Positions 31,439 to 41,291 of a stretch of DNA of 64,000 nucleotides are shown in pieces. The stretch spans positions 29,504-93,503 of the forward strand of contig NZ_JBHSNM010000005.1 of assembly GCF_042655745.1 (NCBI RefSeq), in the 5' to 3' direction. Source of the stretch: Lysobacter yangpyeongensis. GTDB taxonomy: Bacteria > Pseudomonadota > Gammaproteobacteria > Xanthomonadales > Xanthomonadaceae. A program made the translations under genes and the position numbers. The notes beneath the pieces are model-generated. The model had not been told where the DNA came from, did not search any database, and saw only the letters and a program-made list of their open reading frames with translations. The stretch's first letter is position 1, and each line of letters opens with the position of its first letter.

Positions 31439-32563
31439 TTACTGCTTCAAGCTGACGAGCTGCTTCATGACGCCGTCCAGGCCGCCGAACACGGTCAGCT
31501 TGTCGATCTTCTCGGTGATCTTCTCCAGCGCCTCCAGCTCCTTGAGGCGCATGAGCACCGGGCTCTCCTCGATCAGCCTGGCGGTGTTGAGCAGGGAACG
31601 CGTGGCGTTCGCCTCCTCGCGACGACGGATCACGTTGGCCTGGGCCGCCTTCTCCGCCTGCACCACGCTGTTGAGGATGTCCTTCATCTCGCCCGGCAGG
31701 ATCACGTCCTTCACGCCGACACCGAGCACCTCGATGCCGAGTTCGCCGACGCGGCCGCGCACGTAACCGAAGATGTCGGCGTCGAGCGAGACCTTGTCGC
31801 CGAGCAGCTCGTCCAGCGTCTTGGCGGCGATCGCCTTGCGCAGGCCGAACTGCAGCTCGCGGTACACGTAGTCGCCGTACCTGGCGACCCTGGTGCGCGC
31901 GGCCACCGGATCGGTGACGCGGATGCTCGCGGCCAGGTTCACACGCAGGCTCACCTTGTCGCGGGTCAGCAGTTCCTGGCCCGAGACCTCCATCGACTGC
32001 ACGCGCAGTTCGACGGTCTCGACGCCGACGTTCTTCTGGAAGTTCCAGAAGGCGTAGGCGCCCGGCGCGAGCGTGCGCACCAGCTTGCCGTCGACGAACA
32101 GCAGGCCCGCGTTCTCTTCCGGCACGGTGACCGCGACGGCGATGCGCTCGAGCACGCCGAGCTGACGCAGACGCTTGCTCACGGCGGCCTCGAGCTCCAG
32201 GCCCTTGCCGAGCGACACCGCCTGCACCGCGACGGCCACCAGGCCCTTCCAGTACAGCTTGCGCGTGCCCGGCGCCAGAACGTCCTCGAGCTTGCCGTTC
32301 TTCAGCACCAGACCGACTTCGTCGGTGCCGAGGTTGGCGAGCACGAAGTACGCGTCGAGCCGCTCGCCCAGTGCAGCGATCAGCACGTCGGTGTCGTTGC
32401 CGGCGTATTCGGCCCTGGCGATGTTGTGCGTGTTCACCTCGATCCGACCCAGCGGGTCGAACCACCTGTACACGCCCGGCGCGAGCACGCCGGCGAATTG
32501 ACGGTTGCGATACACCAGGCCGCGCTCGCCGTCACCGATCACGACCCTCTTGGTCCAGAACAT
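31439..32563 (-). CDS. SPFH/band-7 (slipin/flotillin-like) protein lacking an obvious N-terminal TM segment
   Basis: SPFH core in the first two thirds (GERGLVYRNRQFAGVLAPGVYRW...); coiled-coil C-terminus (QAEKAAQANVIRRREEANATR). Confidence 0.8.
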   Translation of the reverse strand: MFWTKRVVIGDGERGLVYRNRQFAGVLAPGVYRWFDPLGRIEVNTHNIARAEYAGNDTDVLIAALGERLDAYFVLANLGTDEVGLVLKNGKLEDVLAPGTRKLYWKGLVAVAVQAVSLGKGLELEAAVSKRLRQLGVLERIAVAVTVPEENAGLLFVDGKLVRTLAPGAYAFWNFQKNVGVETVELRVQSMEVSGQELLTRDKVSLRVNLAASIRVTDPVAARTRVARYGDYVYRELQFGLRKAIAAKTLDELLGDKVSLDADIFGYVRGRVGELGIEVLGVGVKDVILPGEMKDILNSVVQAEKAAQANVIRRREEANATRSLLNTARLIEESPVLMRLKELEALEKITEKIDKLTVFGGLDGVMKQLVSLKQ

Positions 32564-33044
32564 GGGAACTTCTCCTTTGTTGGCTCTGGTGGTCCGACCC
32601 GCTTGGTATTGCGCGCGATGGATCGGTTGTCGCGCTTTTGCTGTGAAGCCCCTCTCCCGGAGAGGGGTTTGGGGCGAGGGTGCAGCGAAGCAGCAGACAC
32701 CCGAGGGTCGACTGCCTTGCCGAAGTCGCCTCCGGCGCATCGCGCCACAGGGCCTTCTCCCGGAGGAAGCAGGCAAAAAAGGTGGAAGCACCCCTGACGC
32801 CAAAGCCGCGGAGCATTGCGCGCTCTGTGCACGGCGACGATCGCGTTACGCCAGCGACGGCGATGCATGCCCGTGCGCTGCCTTCGTGCGATCGCCGGTG
32901 TGCCTCGAGGGCGCAGGCCCGGCGACTCCACCGCTGCGGGGTTCCGTTGCACGCCGCACACACGATGCGGCGCCTGGCGAAACGCCGCACGGGGCGCTTC
33001 CTGGTGGGGCTTTCGCCCGTTGTAACGACGTGACAGGTCGTTGT

Positions 33045-33119
33045 TGGAGCGGGACTCGAACCCGCGACAGCCGAATTGGAAGTTCGGTGCTCTACCCGAC
33101 TGAGCTATCCAGTGGTGAC
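33045..33119 (-). tRNA. tRNA-Gly(UCC)-like gene with non-pairing acceptor stem (possible pseudogene or recombination scar)
   Basis: Reverse complement gives canonical D-arm TAGCTCAGTCGGGTAGAGC, anticodon arm CCGAA-CTTCCAA-TTCGG (UCC), T-arm GCGGGTTCGAGTCCCGC; 5' CACTGGA versus 3' TCCAACA pair only 4 bp. Confidence 0.45.
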
Positions 33120-33190
33120 GTGCCGGACTCGAACCGGCATGGCGACCGTGAGGTCGTGCCTTACCTTTCAGCCAACGTCGCTTCGCGAAA
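33120..33190 (-). other. tRNA-like fragment (T-arm GCCGGTTCGAGTCCGGC plus acceptor-like ends, no valid anticodon arm)
   Basis: Only 68 nt between acceptor-like arms GCGACGT / ACGTCAC; cannot be folded as a cloverleaf. Confidence 0.3.
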
Positions 33191-33880
33191 CACCTTCTCC
33201 CGATCCTCGGCATACGCCACGGCAGGGCCGCGCGCACCGGGCAGGAATGGGGAACCTGCGCCGCTGCGAACCGTTCGATCGATGTTCCGCATTGGCCTCT
33301 TGTCGAAAAGGCCAATCCGTGCGCGACTGCATCCGCTGCCGCCCGTGCCGAAGCATCCAGGCACAGCGCATGAAGCGCCTTCGCGGAAGTTCCCTGCCTC
33401 GGGCCAGCACGCCCGGATGCTTCGGGATGCGCGATGCAATCGCGATAAACCTCGGAAAAATCCCTTTGCGAACGCCAAAACAAAACGCCCCCGGGTGGGA
33501 ACCCGAGGGCGTTCGCGTTGCCTCGGGAGATCGGGGTGACCGATCTCCGCGAGCGGGATCAGTCGTGTGGGACGAAGTCCTTGCGCGCGCGTTCGTCGCG
33601 CGGCAGGCCGCACGCGGCCGTGCCGTGGCGGTTGGGCCGCAGCGCAGTCGGGTTGGCGATGGAGAATGAGGACTTCATGGAAATACGGTTCTGCAAGTGA
33701 TCGCCGCAACGGCGAAGGTCGCGCACCTTACGCGCGACGTAGCGGATGTGCAACCACCGTTCGTCGGGTATCGACGGCATGCGGTGCACGATGCGCCGCA
33801 TCGTGGACGTTCCGATGCGCGCTGTCGCACGCAACGAAACGCGTCGGAACATCCCACTTCCGTTCGCAGCAGCAACGTCG

Positions 33881-35599
33881 TTACGGCGATGGCGGCGCCC
33901 GCATCGTGCGTTCGCCCCAGTGCGGAATGCGCCAGCGCAGGTTGCGTTCGAGGCGATCGCTGACGTCGCGGGCGAGCGCATCGGTCATGCGGAAATCCGC
34001 GGGCACGGCGCGCGATGCGATGTCGCGGCGCTGCTGCCGCCGCGCGAGCATCGCCTGCACCGCGGCGCGCAGGCTCGCCGGCGCCGCGGCGGTCACCGGC
34101 ACCGACACCGCCGGTGCGGCGTAGACATCGGTGCGATTGGTGAGGTCGCCGCTGCTGGTCTTCACGAAGAACGGCACGAAGGTGTCGCCGCGGCTGGCAA
34201 GTGCCTGGTAGTCGCCGAGGAAATACGCGCCGCCGGCCGGCGGCGCGGTGGTCAGATCGAAGGACGCGGCGACGTGCGTTTCGCTCCAGCTGACGCCGCC
34301 GTCGGACGAGCGCGCCAGCCAGTAGTCGGTGAGCAGGCTCGCCGCGGCGGTGTTGTTGCGGAAGTCGTAGTAGGTGACGCCGACGTCGCCGTTGGGGCGC
34401 ACGTGCACGGACGGCGTAAACGCAGGTACGCCCGCGGCGCTGACCCGCGTCGGCGCCGACCAGGTCGCGCCGTTGTCGGTCGAGCGCGAGAGAGCGATCG
34501 AATCGAACGTGCCGTTGTTGAAGCGCGCGTCCTGCCACACCACGAACAGGTGTCCGCTCGGCGCGACGGCGATCTGCGCGAGTTCGGAGCCGTCGCGCAC
34601 CGGCACGTTGCTCTGCGGATCGCGCGTGCCCACCGCGAGCAGGTCGGCGATGCGCACCGGCGCGCTCCAGTTGACGCCGCGATCGGTCGAACGGATCACG
34701 GCGAGGTGCGCCTGCGTGGTGTTCGGCGCGACGCGGTCGATCTGCGTGAACAGGTTGACCAGCGTGCCGTTGGGCGCGACCACGATGACGTTGCCGAGCG
34801 TCTGGCTCGACGGACCCGGATCGTAGATGGCGCGCGCGGCCTCCCAGCTGGCGCCGCCGTTGCTGGTGCGCGTGAAGTATGTCGGCCCGCCGGCATCGCC
34901 GGCCACCAGCCGGTCCCAGGTCGCATAGACGAAGGAGGCGTCGAGGGGGTCGGCGGTGATGGTGTTCTTGTCGTTGAAGAAGCCGGCGCCGTCGCGGATC
35001 AGCGTGGTCGGCGCGCTCCAGCTCGCGCCGCGGTCGGTGGAGCGCACGACGAGCATGGCGTTGACCGAACCGGCTTCGAAGGAGCCGCCGGTGGTGACCA
35101 GACCCATCGCATAGGCCGTGCCGTCCGGCGCGAAAGTCACCCACGGATCGGTGGCGCGCGCGTAGTCGCCGCCGTTGGCGAAGGTGCCGCCGCCGCAGCG
35201 CGACACGGGCAGCGGCATGCGCGTCCAGGTCTGGCCGCCGTCGCCGGAGCGCGCGCTCATCAGTCCGCGCGCCGATCCGTTCGACCAGCGATCCTGCTGC
35301 CACACACCGATCAGGTTGGACGGGTTGGTCGGATCGACCGCGACGTACGGCTCGACTTCCGCGTTCTGGAAGAACGTGCCGCTGACGGGAACGCCGTCGC
35401 AGTTGGCGGTGAACGGCGAAGGCCCGGAGGCGCGGTACTGCGCATCCAGTCCCGGAGGCGGCGGTGGGGGAGGCGGCGGAGGCGGGGGAGGGGTGCCGCC
35501 GCCGGAGCCGCCACCGCCACCTCCGCAGGCGGCCAGGCCCAGCAGGAGCAACGGGACGGACACCAGCCGCATCGAACGCACCACTGCCTGCGCGCGCAT
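33881..35599 (-). CDS. BNR-repeat (sialidase/glycosyl-hydrolase-like beta-propeller) lipoprotein
   Basis: Lipoprotein signal MRLVSVPLLLLGLAAC then poly-Gly/Pro linker; six SxDxGxTW BNR repeats (SGDGGQTW, STDRGASW, STDRGVNW, STDNGATW, SSDGGVSW). Confidence 0.75.
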   Translation of the reverse strand: MRAQAVVRSMRLVSVPLLLLGLAACGGGGGGSGGGTPPPPPPPPPPPPPGLDAQYRASGPSPFTANCDGVPVSGTFFQNAEVEPYVAVDPTNPSNLIGVWQQDRWSNGSARGLMSARSGDGGQTWTRMPLPVSRCGGGTFANGGDYARATDPWVTFAPDGTAYAMGLVTTGGSFEAGSVNAMLVVRSTDRGASWSAPTTLIRDGAGFFNDKNTITADPLDASFVYATWDRLVAGDAGGPTYFTRTSNGGASWEAARAIYDPGPSSQTLGNVIVVAPNGTLVNLFTQIDRVAPNTTQAHLAVIRSTDRGVNWSAPVRIADLLAVGTRDPQSNVPVRDGSELAQIAVAPSGHLFVVWQDARFNNGTFDSIALSRSTDNGATWSAPTRVSAAGVPAFTPSVHVRPNGDVGVTYYDFRNNTAAASLLTDYWLARSSDGGVSWSETHVAASFDLTTAPPAGGAYFLGDYQALASRGDTFVPFFVKTSSGDLTNRTDVYAAPAVSVPVTAAAPASLRAAVQAMLARRQQRRDIASRAVPADFRMTDALARDVSDRLERNLRWRIPHWGERTMRAPPSP

Positions 35600-35695
35600 C
35601 GCCGCTCTCCTTCGCAAGAGGTGGCCAAGTCTAGTCAGCGCGGCGCGGGCGCGGCGCCGCGCGCGGTCTTGCCGACAAGAAACGTCAGCCTGCGA

Positions 35696-35959
35696 TCAGC
35701 GCGCCACCAGGGCCGGCGTGGCGTGGAAGCGGCGCGGGTAATTGCGCTCGTCGCTGATGGTGCTGACGACCTCGTCGGCGAGGTCGGGCGCCGCGTAGAC
35801 GACGTAGGCGATGTCGCCTTCGTCGCGCACGCCGACGTGGTGCAGGCGATAGCGGGCGTGGCCGCCGCCGGTGTTCTCGGGGTAGTGCAGCGGCGGGCGG
35901 TCGGTTTCCAGATCCAGTTCGCTGTTGTCGACGGAACCGCCGACGAAGAGGGCGCGCAT
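35696..35959 (-). CDS. Hypothetical small protein
   Basis: 87-aa ORF in an otherwise empty spacer; unverified. Confidence 0.3.
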   Translation of the reverse strand: MRALFVGGSVDNSELDLETDRPPLHYPENTGGGHARYRLHHVGVRDEGDIAYVVYAAPDLADEVVSTISDERNYPRRFHATPALVAR

Positions 35960-36079
35960 TCCAGCACTCCTGGCTTGAAGGGCGGGTCCCGGATGATGCG
36001 CGCGCCGGCGTTGGCCGCGCGTTAATGCGCGAGCGCGCCGCGTAGAATCCGCGCTGGTTCATGTCACTGAAGGCTGCGC

Positions 36080-37123
36080 GTGTCCGTCGAGGGTCCCGAC
36101 TTCGCGCTCGAAACCCTGCTGCTGCCGCTGCTGGACGGCCCGCTGTCGTGGCCGCGCGAAGGCGGCGCGCTGTTCCTGCGCGCGCGCGATGGCTGGCCGC
36201 TGCACCAGCGCGCATGGCCCGGGCTGGTATGCGAACAGAGCTTCCGGCCCGCGGCCGATGCCCTGCAGCGCTCGGGCCTGACGCTCGTCGACGCGGCGGA
36301 CGCGAGCCTGCATCCGCTGGTGCTGGTGTTGCCGCCGCGGCAACGCGACGAAGCGCGCGCGCTGTACGCCCGGGCCATCGCGCGCACGGCGCCCGGTGGC
36401 CGCGTGCTGGCCTGCGTGCGCAACGACGAAGGCGCGAAATCGGGTGAAGCCGACCTGGCCAGGCTCGCCGGACCGCTGGGCCAGTTGTCGAAGAACAAGT
36501 GCCGCGCGTTCTGGACCGCGCCGCTGCACGGCGCGATCGATCCGGCGCTGTTCGCGCAATGGCGCGAACTCGACGCGCCGCGCCCGATCGCCGACGGACG
36601 TTTCCTCAGCCGTCCCGGCGTGTTCGCCTGGGATCGCATCGATGCCGCTTCGGCATTGCTCGCCGCCCATCTGCCGACGGACCTGCGCGGGGCGGCGGCC
36701 GATCTGGGCGCGGGTTACGGGTATCTGTCGAGCGAGCTGCTGGCGCGTTGCCCGGGCATCGTGTCGCTGGACCTGTACGAAGCCGAGCATCGCGCGCTCG
36801 ACCTCGCCCGCCTCAACCTCGCGTCGCAGGCGGCGCGCATCGCCATCGGCTGGCACTGGCACGATGTCACCGTCGGCCTGGACCGCCGCTACGACGTGAT
36901 CGTCAGCAACCCGCCGTTCCACGCGCAGGGTCGCGCCGACCGTCCCGACATCGGCCGCCGCTTCATCGCCGTCGCCGCTGCGGCGCTGCACGCCGGCGGT
37001 CGCCTGTGGCTGGTCGCGAACCGTCACCTGCCGTACGAAGCCGAACTCGCCCGGCACTTCGCGCAGGTGCGCACGGTGGCGCAGGACCAGGGCTTCAAGG
37101 TGTTCGAGGCGATCCGCGGCTGA
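36080..37123 (+). CDS. rsmC: rRNA (guanine-N2)-methyltransferase, RsmC/RlmG family
   Basis: C-terminal class I MTase with DLGAGYGYLS and VSNPPFH motifs; two-domain organisation. Confidence 0.8.
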   Translation: MSVEGPDFALETLLLPLLDGPLSWPREGGALFLRARDGWPLHQRAWPGLVCEQSFRPAADALQRSGLTLVDAADASLHPLVLVLPPRQRDEARALYARAIARTAPGGRVLACVRNDEGAKSGEADLARLAGPLGQLSKNKCRAFWTAPLHGAIDPALFAQWRELDAPRPIADGRFLSRPGVFAWDRIDAASALLAAHLPTDLRGAAADLGAGYGYLSSELLARCPGIVSLDLYEAEHRALDLARLNLASQAARIAIGWHWHDVTVGLDRRYDVIVSNPPFHAQGRADRPDIGRRFIAVAAAALHAGGRLWLVANRHLPYEAELARHFAQVRTVAQDQGFKVFEAIRG

Positions 37124-37181
37124 CTTTCACCGCAACCCGCCGCATCGGCAACCGTCAAACCAACCGCTTTCCGGATTCTTC

Positions 37182-37886
37182 ATGAAGCTCGTCAAACTCA
37201 TCGCCAACCTCGGTTACGGCAGTCGCAAACAGGTGGCGGCGATGTTCCGCGCCGGGATGGTGACCGACGCGCAGGGCGAGGTGCTCTACGCCGACGACCA
37301 GGTCGCGCACGCGGACATCCGCATCGAGGGCGAGCCACTGGATCCGCCGGCGGGTCTGCTGCTGATGCTGCACAAGCCGGTCGGCTACACCTGTTCGACC
37401 AAGGATCCCGGTCGCATCGTCTACGACCTGCTGCCGCCGCGCTTCCGCCTGCGTTCGCCGATGTTGTCGACGGTGGGGCGGCTGGATCGCGACACCAGCG
37501 GCCTGCTGCTGATGACCGACGACGGCGCGCTGCTGCACCGCATCGTGTCGCCGAAGACGCACCTGCCGAAGGTGTACGAAGCCACGCTCGCGCACGAGCT
37601 GCGTGGCGACGAAGCGGGGGTCTTCGCCAGCGGCACGCTGCTGCTGGAATCGGAAACGACGCCGCTGGCGCCGGCGCAGCTGGAGGTCGTAAGCCCCCGC
37701 ACGGCGCACCTGACCCTGACCGAAGGCCGCTACCACCAGGTGCGGCGCATGTTCGCCGCGGTCGGCAATCACGTCGAAAGCCTGCATCGCAGCCGCATCG
37801 GTGGCCTGGCGTTGGGCGAACTGGCGCCGGGGCAGTGGCGGCTGCTGGACGAGGCCGATCGCGAGCGCCTGTTCGCGCGCGATTAG
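37182..37886 (+). CDS. rsuA: 16S rRNA pseudouridine synthase RsuA family
   Basis: S4 domain at N-terminus (KLIANLGYGSRKQ); catalytic GRLDRDTSGLLL motif. Confidence 0.85.
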   Translation: MKLVKLIANLGYGSRKQVAAMFRAGMVTDAQGEVLYADDQVAHADIRIEGEPLDPPAGLLLMLHKPVGYTCSTKDPGRIVYDLLPPRFRLRSPMLSTVGRLDRDTSGLLLMTDDGALLHRIVSPKTHLPKVYEATLAHELRGDEAGVFASGTLLLESETTPLAPAQLEVVSPRTAHLTLTEGRYHQVRRMFAAVGNHVESLHRSRIGGLALGELAPGQWRLLDEADRERLFARD

Positions 37887-37979
37887 CCGCTGCGGCGGGC
37901 TGCCGCGTCGCGTTACGCGCGGTTCTGCGACGGCTGCAGGAAAGCCAGGTCGGGATGCGGGCCGCCGAACGGCGCCGCG

Positions 37980-38543
37980 TTACTCGCCATCCGCCGACGG
38001 CGCAGTGCCCAGCAACCGCGCCCAGCCCGCGTGGCCCAGTTTCTCCAGCGTCGCGATGTTCCGCGCCACGATCGCATCCGGATCGGGAAACGCGGCGACC
38101 GCGCGCGCCACGCTGTCCTCGCGCAGCAGATGCAGCGTCGGCCAGGGCGAACGGTTCGTGCAGTTTTCGATCGCGTCCGGCGCCGTGCCGGCGAAACGGT
38201 AATCGGGATGGAAACTGGCGACCTGCAATTCGCCTTCCAGGCCGAGTTCGGCGATCAGCGTGTCGGCGAGATCGAGGAAGTCGTTGTACTCGAGGAAGTC
38301 GCCCAGCACGTGCGGATGCACGATCAGCGTCGTGTCGGTCTGCTGCGGATCGGCGGCGTGCAGCCACCGCAGTTCGTCGCGCAGCTGCTGCAACAGGTCC
38401 TGTGGATCGCGCGCGTCGCTGAGCACGAAGCGCACCTGCTGCTTGACGTACACCGCCTTCGCGAACGGGCACAGATTGAGCCCGATCACCGCGCGCTCCA
38501 GCCAGCGGCGGGTGTCGGCGATGGGGTCGTCGGTACGCGTCAT
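37980..38543 (-). CDS. Conserved hypothetical protein (DUF1415-like)
   Basis: MTRTDDPIADTRRWLERAVIGLNLCPFAKAVYV...; ATGA overlap with the upstream VOC gene. Confidence 0.65.
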   Translation of the reverse strand: MTRTDDPIADTRRWLERAVIGLNLCPFAKAVYVKQQVRFVLSDARDPQDLLQQLRDELRWLHAADPQQTDTTLIVHPHVLGDFLEYNDFLDLADTLIAELGLEGELQVASFHPDYRFAGTAPDAIENCTNRSPWPTLHLLREDSVARAVAAFPDPDAIVARNIATLEKLGHAGWARLLGTAPSADGE

Positions 38544-38932
38544 GCCTGCGGCCGGCGCGCGTAGCTGACGGTGAGCAGTTCCCAGACGTGGCCGTCGGGG
38601 ACGTTCCAGTAGACGAGGCGGCCGCCGTTCCACGTGCCGACCTGCATGTCGTCGGCGCCGTGCGGTGCGCCGCGGTAGGGAATGCCGGCCGCGCGGATGC
38701 GCCCGAGGATCGCGTCGAAGTCGTCGGCCGAGACGCGGAACGCGTAATGCTGAACCGGGAACTCCTCTTCGGCCTGGTCGAAGTCGAGCGTCAGGCCGTC
38801 GTTGACGTACACCGGGCAGAATGGGCCGACGCCGTGGTCCGACCACGGTACGCCGAGCAGTCCGGCGAGCTGTTTCGCGGCGGCGAAGCGATCGTGCGAG
38901 GGCACCAGCAGATGGTCGAGCTCGATGTCCAT
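38540..38932 (-). CDS. VOC/glyoxalase-like small protein
   Basis: 130 aa; MDIELDHLLVPSHDRFAAAKQLAGLLGV...HYAFRVSADDFDAILGRIRAAGIPY resembles glyoxalase/bleomycin-resistance fold. Confidence 0.55.
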   Translation of the reverse strand: MDIELDHLLVPSHDRFAAAKQLAGLLGVPWSDHGVGPFCPVYVNDGLTLDFDQAEEEFPVQHYAFRVSADDFDAILGRIRAAGIPYRGAPHGADDMQVGTWNGGRLVYWNVPDGHVWELLTVSYARRPQA

Positions 38933-38955
38933 GGGCGATCCTCCGCCGCGGCGCG

Positions 38956-39438
38956 TCAGTCGCGGAAGTTGTCGAACTGCAGCGGGCGTTCGAAGTTGCC
39001 CGCGCGCAGCAGCGCGATCGCTTCCTGCAGGTCGTCGCGCTTCTTGCCGGTGACGCGCAGCTTGTCGCCGTTGATCTGGCTGTCGACCTTGAGCTTGGCG
39101 TCCTTGAGCGTGGCCTGGATCTTCTTCGCCAGGTCGCGCTCGATGCCCTGCTTGACGGTGATCTTCTGCCGCGCGCCGGCGAGGTTGGTTTCCACCGCGC
39201 CGAATTCCAGGCAGCGCACGTCGATGCCGCGCGCGATCAGGCGGGCGCGCAGGATGTCCTCCATCTGCTTGAGCTGGAAATCGCTCGGCGCCGACTGGCT
39301 GATCACCTGGTCCTCGAGCACGAATTTCGCGTCGACGCCCTTGAAGTCGAAGCGGTTGGACAACTCGCGGTTGGCCTGGTCGACCGCGTTGGTCAGCTCG
39401 TGCTGGTTGACTTCGGAGACGACGTCGAAGGAGGGCAT
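38956..39438 (-). CDS. yajQ: YajQ-family nucleotide (c-di-GMP)-binding protein UPF0234
   Basis: MPSFDVVSEVNQHELTNAVDQANRELSNRFDFKGV... near-collinear with E. coli YajQ. Confidence 0.85.
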   Translation of the reverse strand: MPSFDVVSEVNQHELTNAVDQANRELSNRFDFKGVDAKFVLEDQVISQSAPSDFQLKQMEDILRARLIARGIDVRCLEFGAVETNLAGARQKITVKQGIERDLAKKIQATLKDAKLKVDSQINGDKLRVTGKKRDDLQEAIALLRAGNFERPLQFDNFRD

Positions 39439-39548
39439 GGGAACTCCGGGAAAAGCGGCGCGTTGCCTGTATGGGGGGCGCAAGGGTAGCGCATGCGGTG
39501 TGGGCGCTGGATAGACTGGCGGTCCGGATCGCCGTGGGAGAACGCGTC

Positions 39549-40601
39549 ATGCTTCGTACGCCCGCCTACGCCGCCGCCACGGCCGGCGCGCCGCTGGCGC
39601 CATTCACCATCGAGCGTCGCGCGCCGCGTGCGCGCGAGGTGCTGATCGACATCCTCTACTGCGGGATCTGCCATTCCGACGTACATTCGGCGCGCGACGA
39701 ATGGGGCGGCGGGCTGTTCCCGATGGTGCCGGGGCACGAGATCGTCGGCCGTATCGCCCGGATCGGTGCCGACGTGGCGAGCTTCGCGGTCGGCGATCTC
39801 GTCGGCGTCGGCTGCTTCGTCGATTCGTGCCGCCAGTGCGAACCCTGCCGCGCCGGCGAAGAACAGTACTGCGAGCGCGGCATGACCGCGACCTACAACT
39901 CGCGCGAACGCGACACGCAGCTGCCGACCTACGGCGGCTATTCCACCCGCATCACCGTCGATGCCGACTACGTGCTGCACATCCCCGACGGGCTGCCGCC
40001 GGATCGTGCTGCGCCGCTGCTGTGCGCGGGCATCACCACGTATTCGCCGCTCAAGCGCTTCGGCGCGGGCGACGGCCGCGAGGTCGCGGTGATCGGTCTG
40101 GGCGGCCTCGGTCACATCGCGGTGAAGATCGCCCGGGCGATGGGCGCGCGGGTGACGGTGCTGAGCAGTTCCGAGGCCAAGCGCGACGCCGCGCTGGCAC
40201 TGGGCGCGCACGACTTCGCCGCCACGCGTGATGCGAGGACGTTCAAGCGGCTGGCGCGGCGCTTCGATCTCGTGCTCGACACCGTGTCCGCCGCGCACGA
40301 CTACAACGCCTGCCTGGGCCTGCTGCGCCTGGACGGGACGATGGTGCTGCTGGGCATCCCCGAACGACCGGCGCCGCTGGCGGCCTACGTGCTGATCGGA
40401 CGGCGCCGGCGCCTGACCGGCTCGCTGATCGGCGGGATCCGCGAAACCCAGGAAATGCTCGACTTCTGCGCCCGCCACGGCATCGCCGCCGACATCGAGC
40501 TGATCGACATCGCGCGCATCAACGAGGCCTACGACCGCATGGTGCGGTCCGACGTGCGCTATCGCTTCGTGATCGACATGGCCAGCCTGCGCGGCGGCTG
40601 A
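39549..40601 (+). CDS. Zn-dependent NAD(P)-dependent alcohol dehydrogenase (YahK/AdhA-like)
   Basis: GICHSDVH zinc motif, GHEIVG, GLGGLGHIAVK Rossmann motif. Confidence 0.85.
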   Translation: MLRTPAYAAATAGAPLAPFTIERRAPRAREVLIDILYCGICHSDVHSARDEWGGGLFPMVPGHEIVGRIARIGADVASFAVGDLVGVGCFVDSCRQCEPCRAGEEQYCERGMTATYNSRERDTQLPTYGGYSTRITVDADYVLHIPDGLPPDRAAPLLCAGITTYSPLKRFGAGDGREVAVIGLGGLGHIAVKIARAMGARVTVLSSSEAKRDAALALGAHDFAATRDARTFKRLARRFDLVLDTVSAAHDYNACLGLLRLDGTMVLLGIPERPAPLAAYVLIGRRRRLTGSLIGGIRETQEMLDFCARHGIAADIELIDIARINEAYDRMVRSDVRYRFVIDMASLRGG

Positions 40602-40604
40602 GCG

Positions 40605-41129
40605 ATGCCGCTGCTCCTGCTGCTGCCGTTGCTGCTGCTGGCGATGCTCGTGCTGTGGCTGCTGTCGCTGCCGCTGGTGCTGTGGCAGCGCTATCGCGCC
40701 GGGCGTGCGCGGCGGCGCGCGGTGCCCTGGGTCATCGCGCTCAACGCGTGGACGCTGCTGGTCTCGGCCCTCGTGTTCGCCGGCAGTGCCTGGCTCAGCG
40801 GATTCTGGATCGACGCCGCGCTGCGCCACGCCGTCGCGGGTCTGGCGATCGGCGTTCTGCTGGGGATGCTGGGCCTGGCGCTGACGCGTTTCGAAACTAC
40901 GGCGCAGGGACTGTTCTACACGCCGAACCGCTGGCTGGTGCTGGCCCTCACGCTGGTCGTTGCCGGGCGTCTCGGCTTCGGCGTCTACCGCCTGCAACAG
41001 GCGTGGACGGCCGGCGCGCACGCGGACTGGCTGGCGCAGCAGGGCAGCGTGCTGGCGGTGGGCGGCCTGCTGCTCGGGCATTACCTCGCCTATGCCTGGG
41101 GCCTGCGCCGGCGCGTGCGCGGGCGGTAA
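40605..41129 (+). CDS. Hypothetical membrane protein (4 TM)
   Basis: Leu-rich hydrophobic segments; no recognised family. Confidence 0.5.
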   Translation: MPLLLLLPLLLLAMLVLWLLSLPLVLWQRYRAGRARRRAVPWVIALNAWTLLVSALVFAGSAWLSGFWIDAALRHAVAGLAIGVLLGMLGLALTRFETTAQGLFYTPNRWLVLALTLVVAGRLGFGVYRLQQAWTAGAHADWLAQQGSVLAVGGLLLGHYLAYAWGLRRRVRGR

Positions 41130-41291
41130 GCGGCGGCCGATGGCGTCGCGCTCCCGCTGGGGACGCTTCGTTCCAGTCGCTCTTCCCGGCGCCGGACATC
41201 GCGCTGGCAAACTCGCTGCCCGACGACCACCTCCCGCAGGTCCGGCGCGCGTCGGCGCGCCTCGACCGCCCTAGCCGCAAGGAACTCCGCC

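Noticed and set aside
33559-33981. 140-aa Arg-rich minus-strand ORF
   Set aside because: No coding-like composition; lies in the promoter/3' region near the BNR protein gene.
33675-35303. 542-aa minus-strand ORF
   Set aside because: Out-of-frame overlap with the BNR-repeat lipoprotein gene (33881-35599), whose frame carries six SxDxGxTW repeats.
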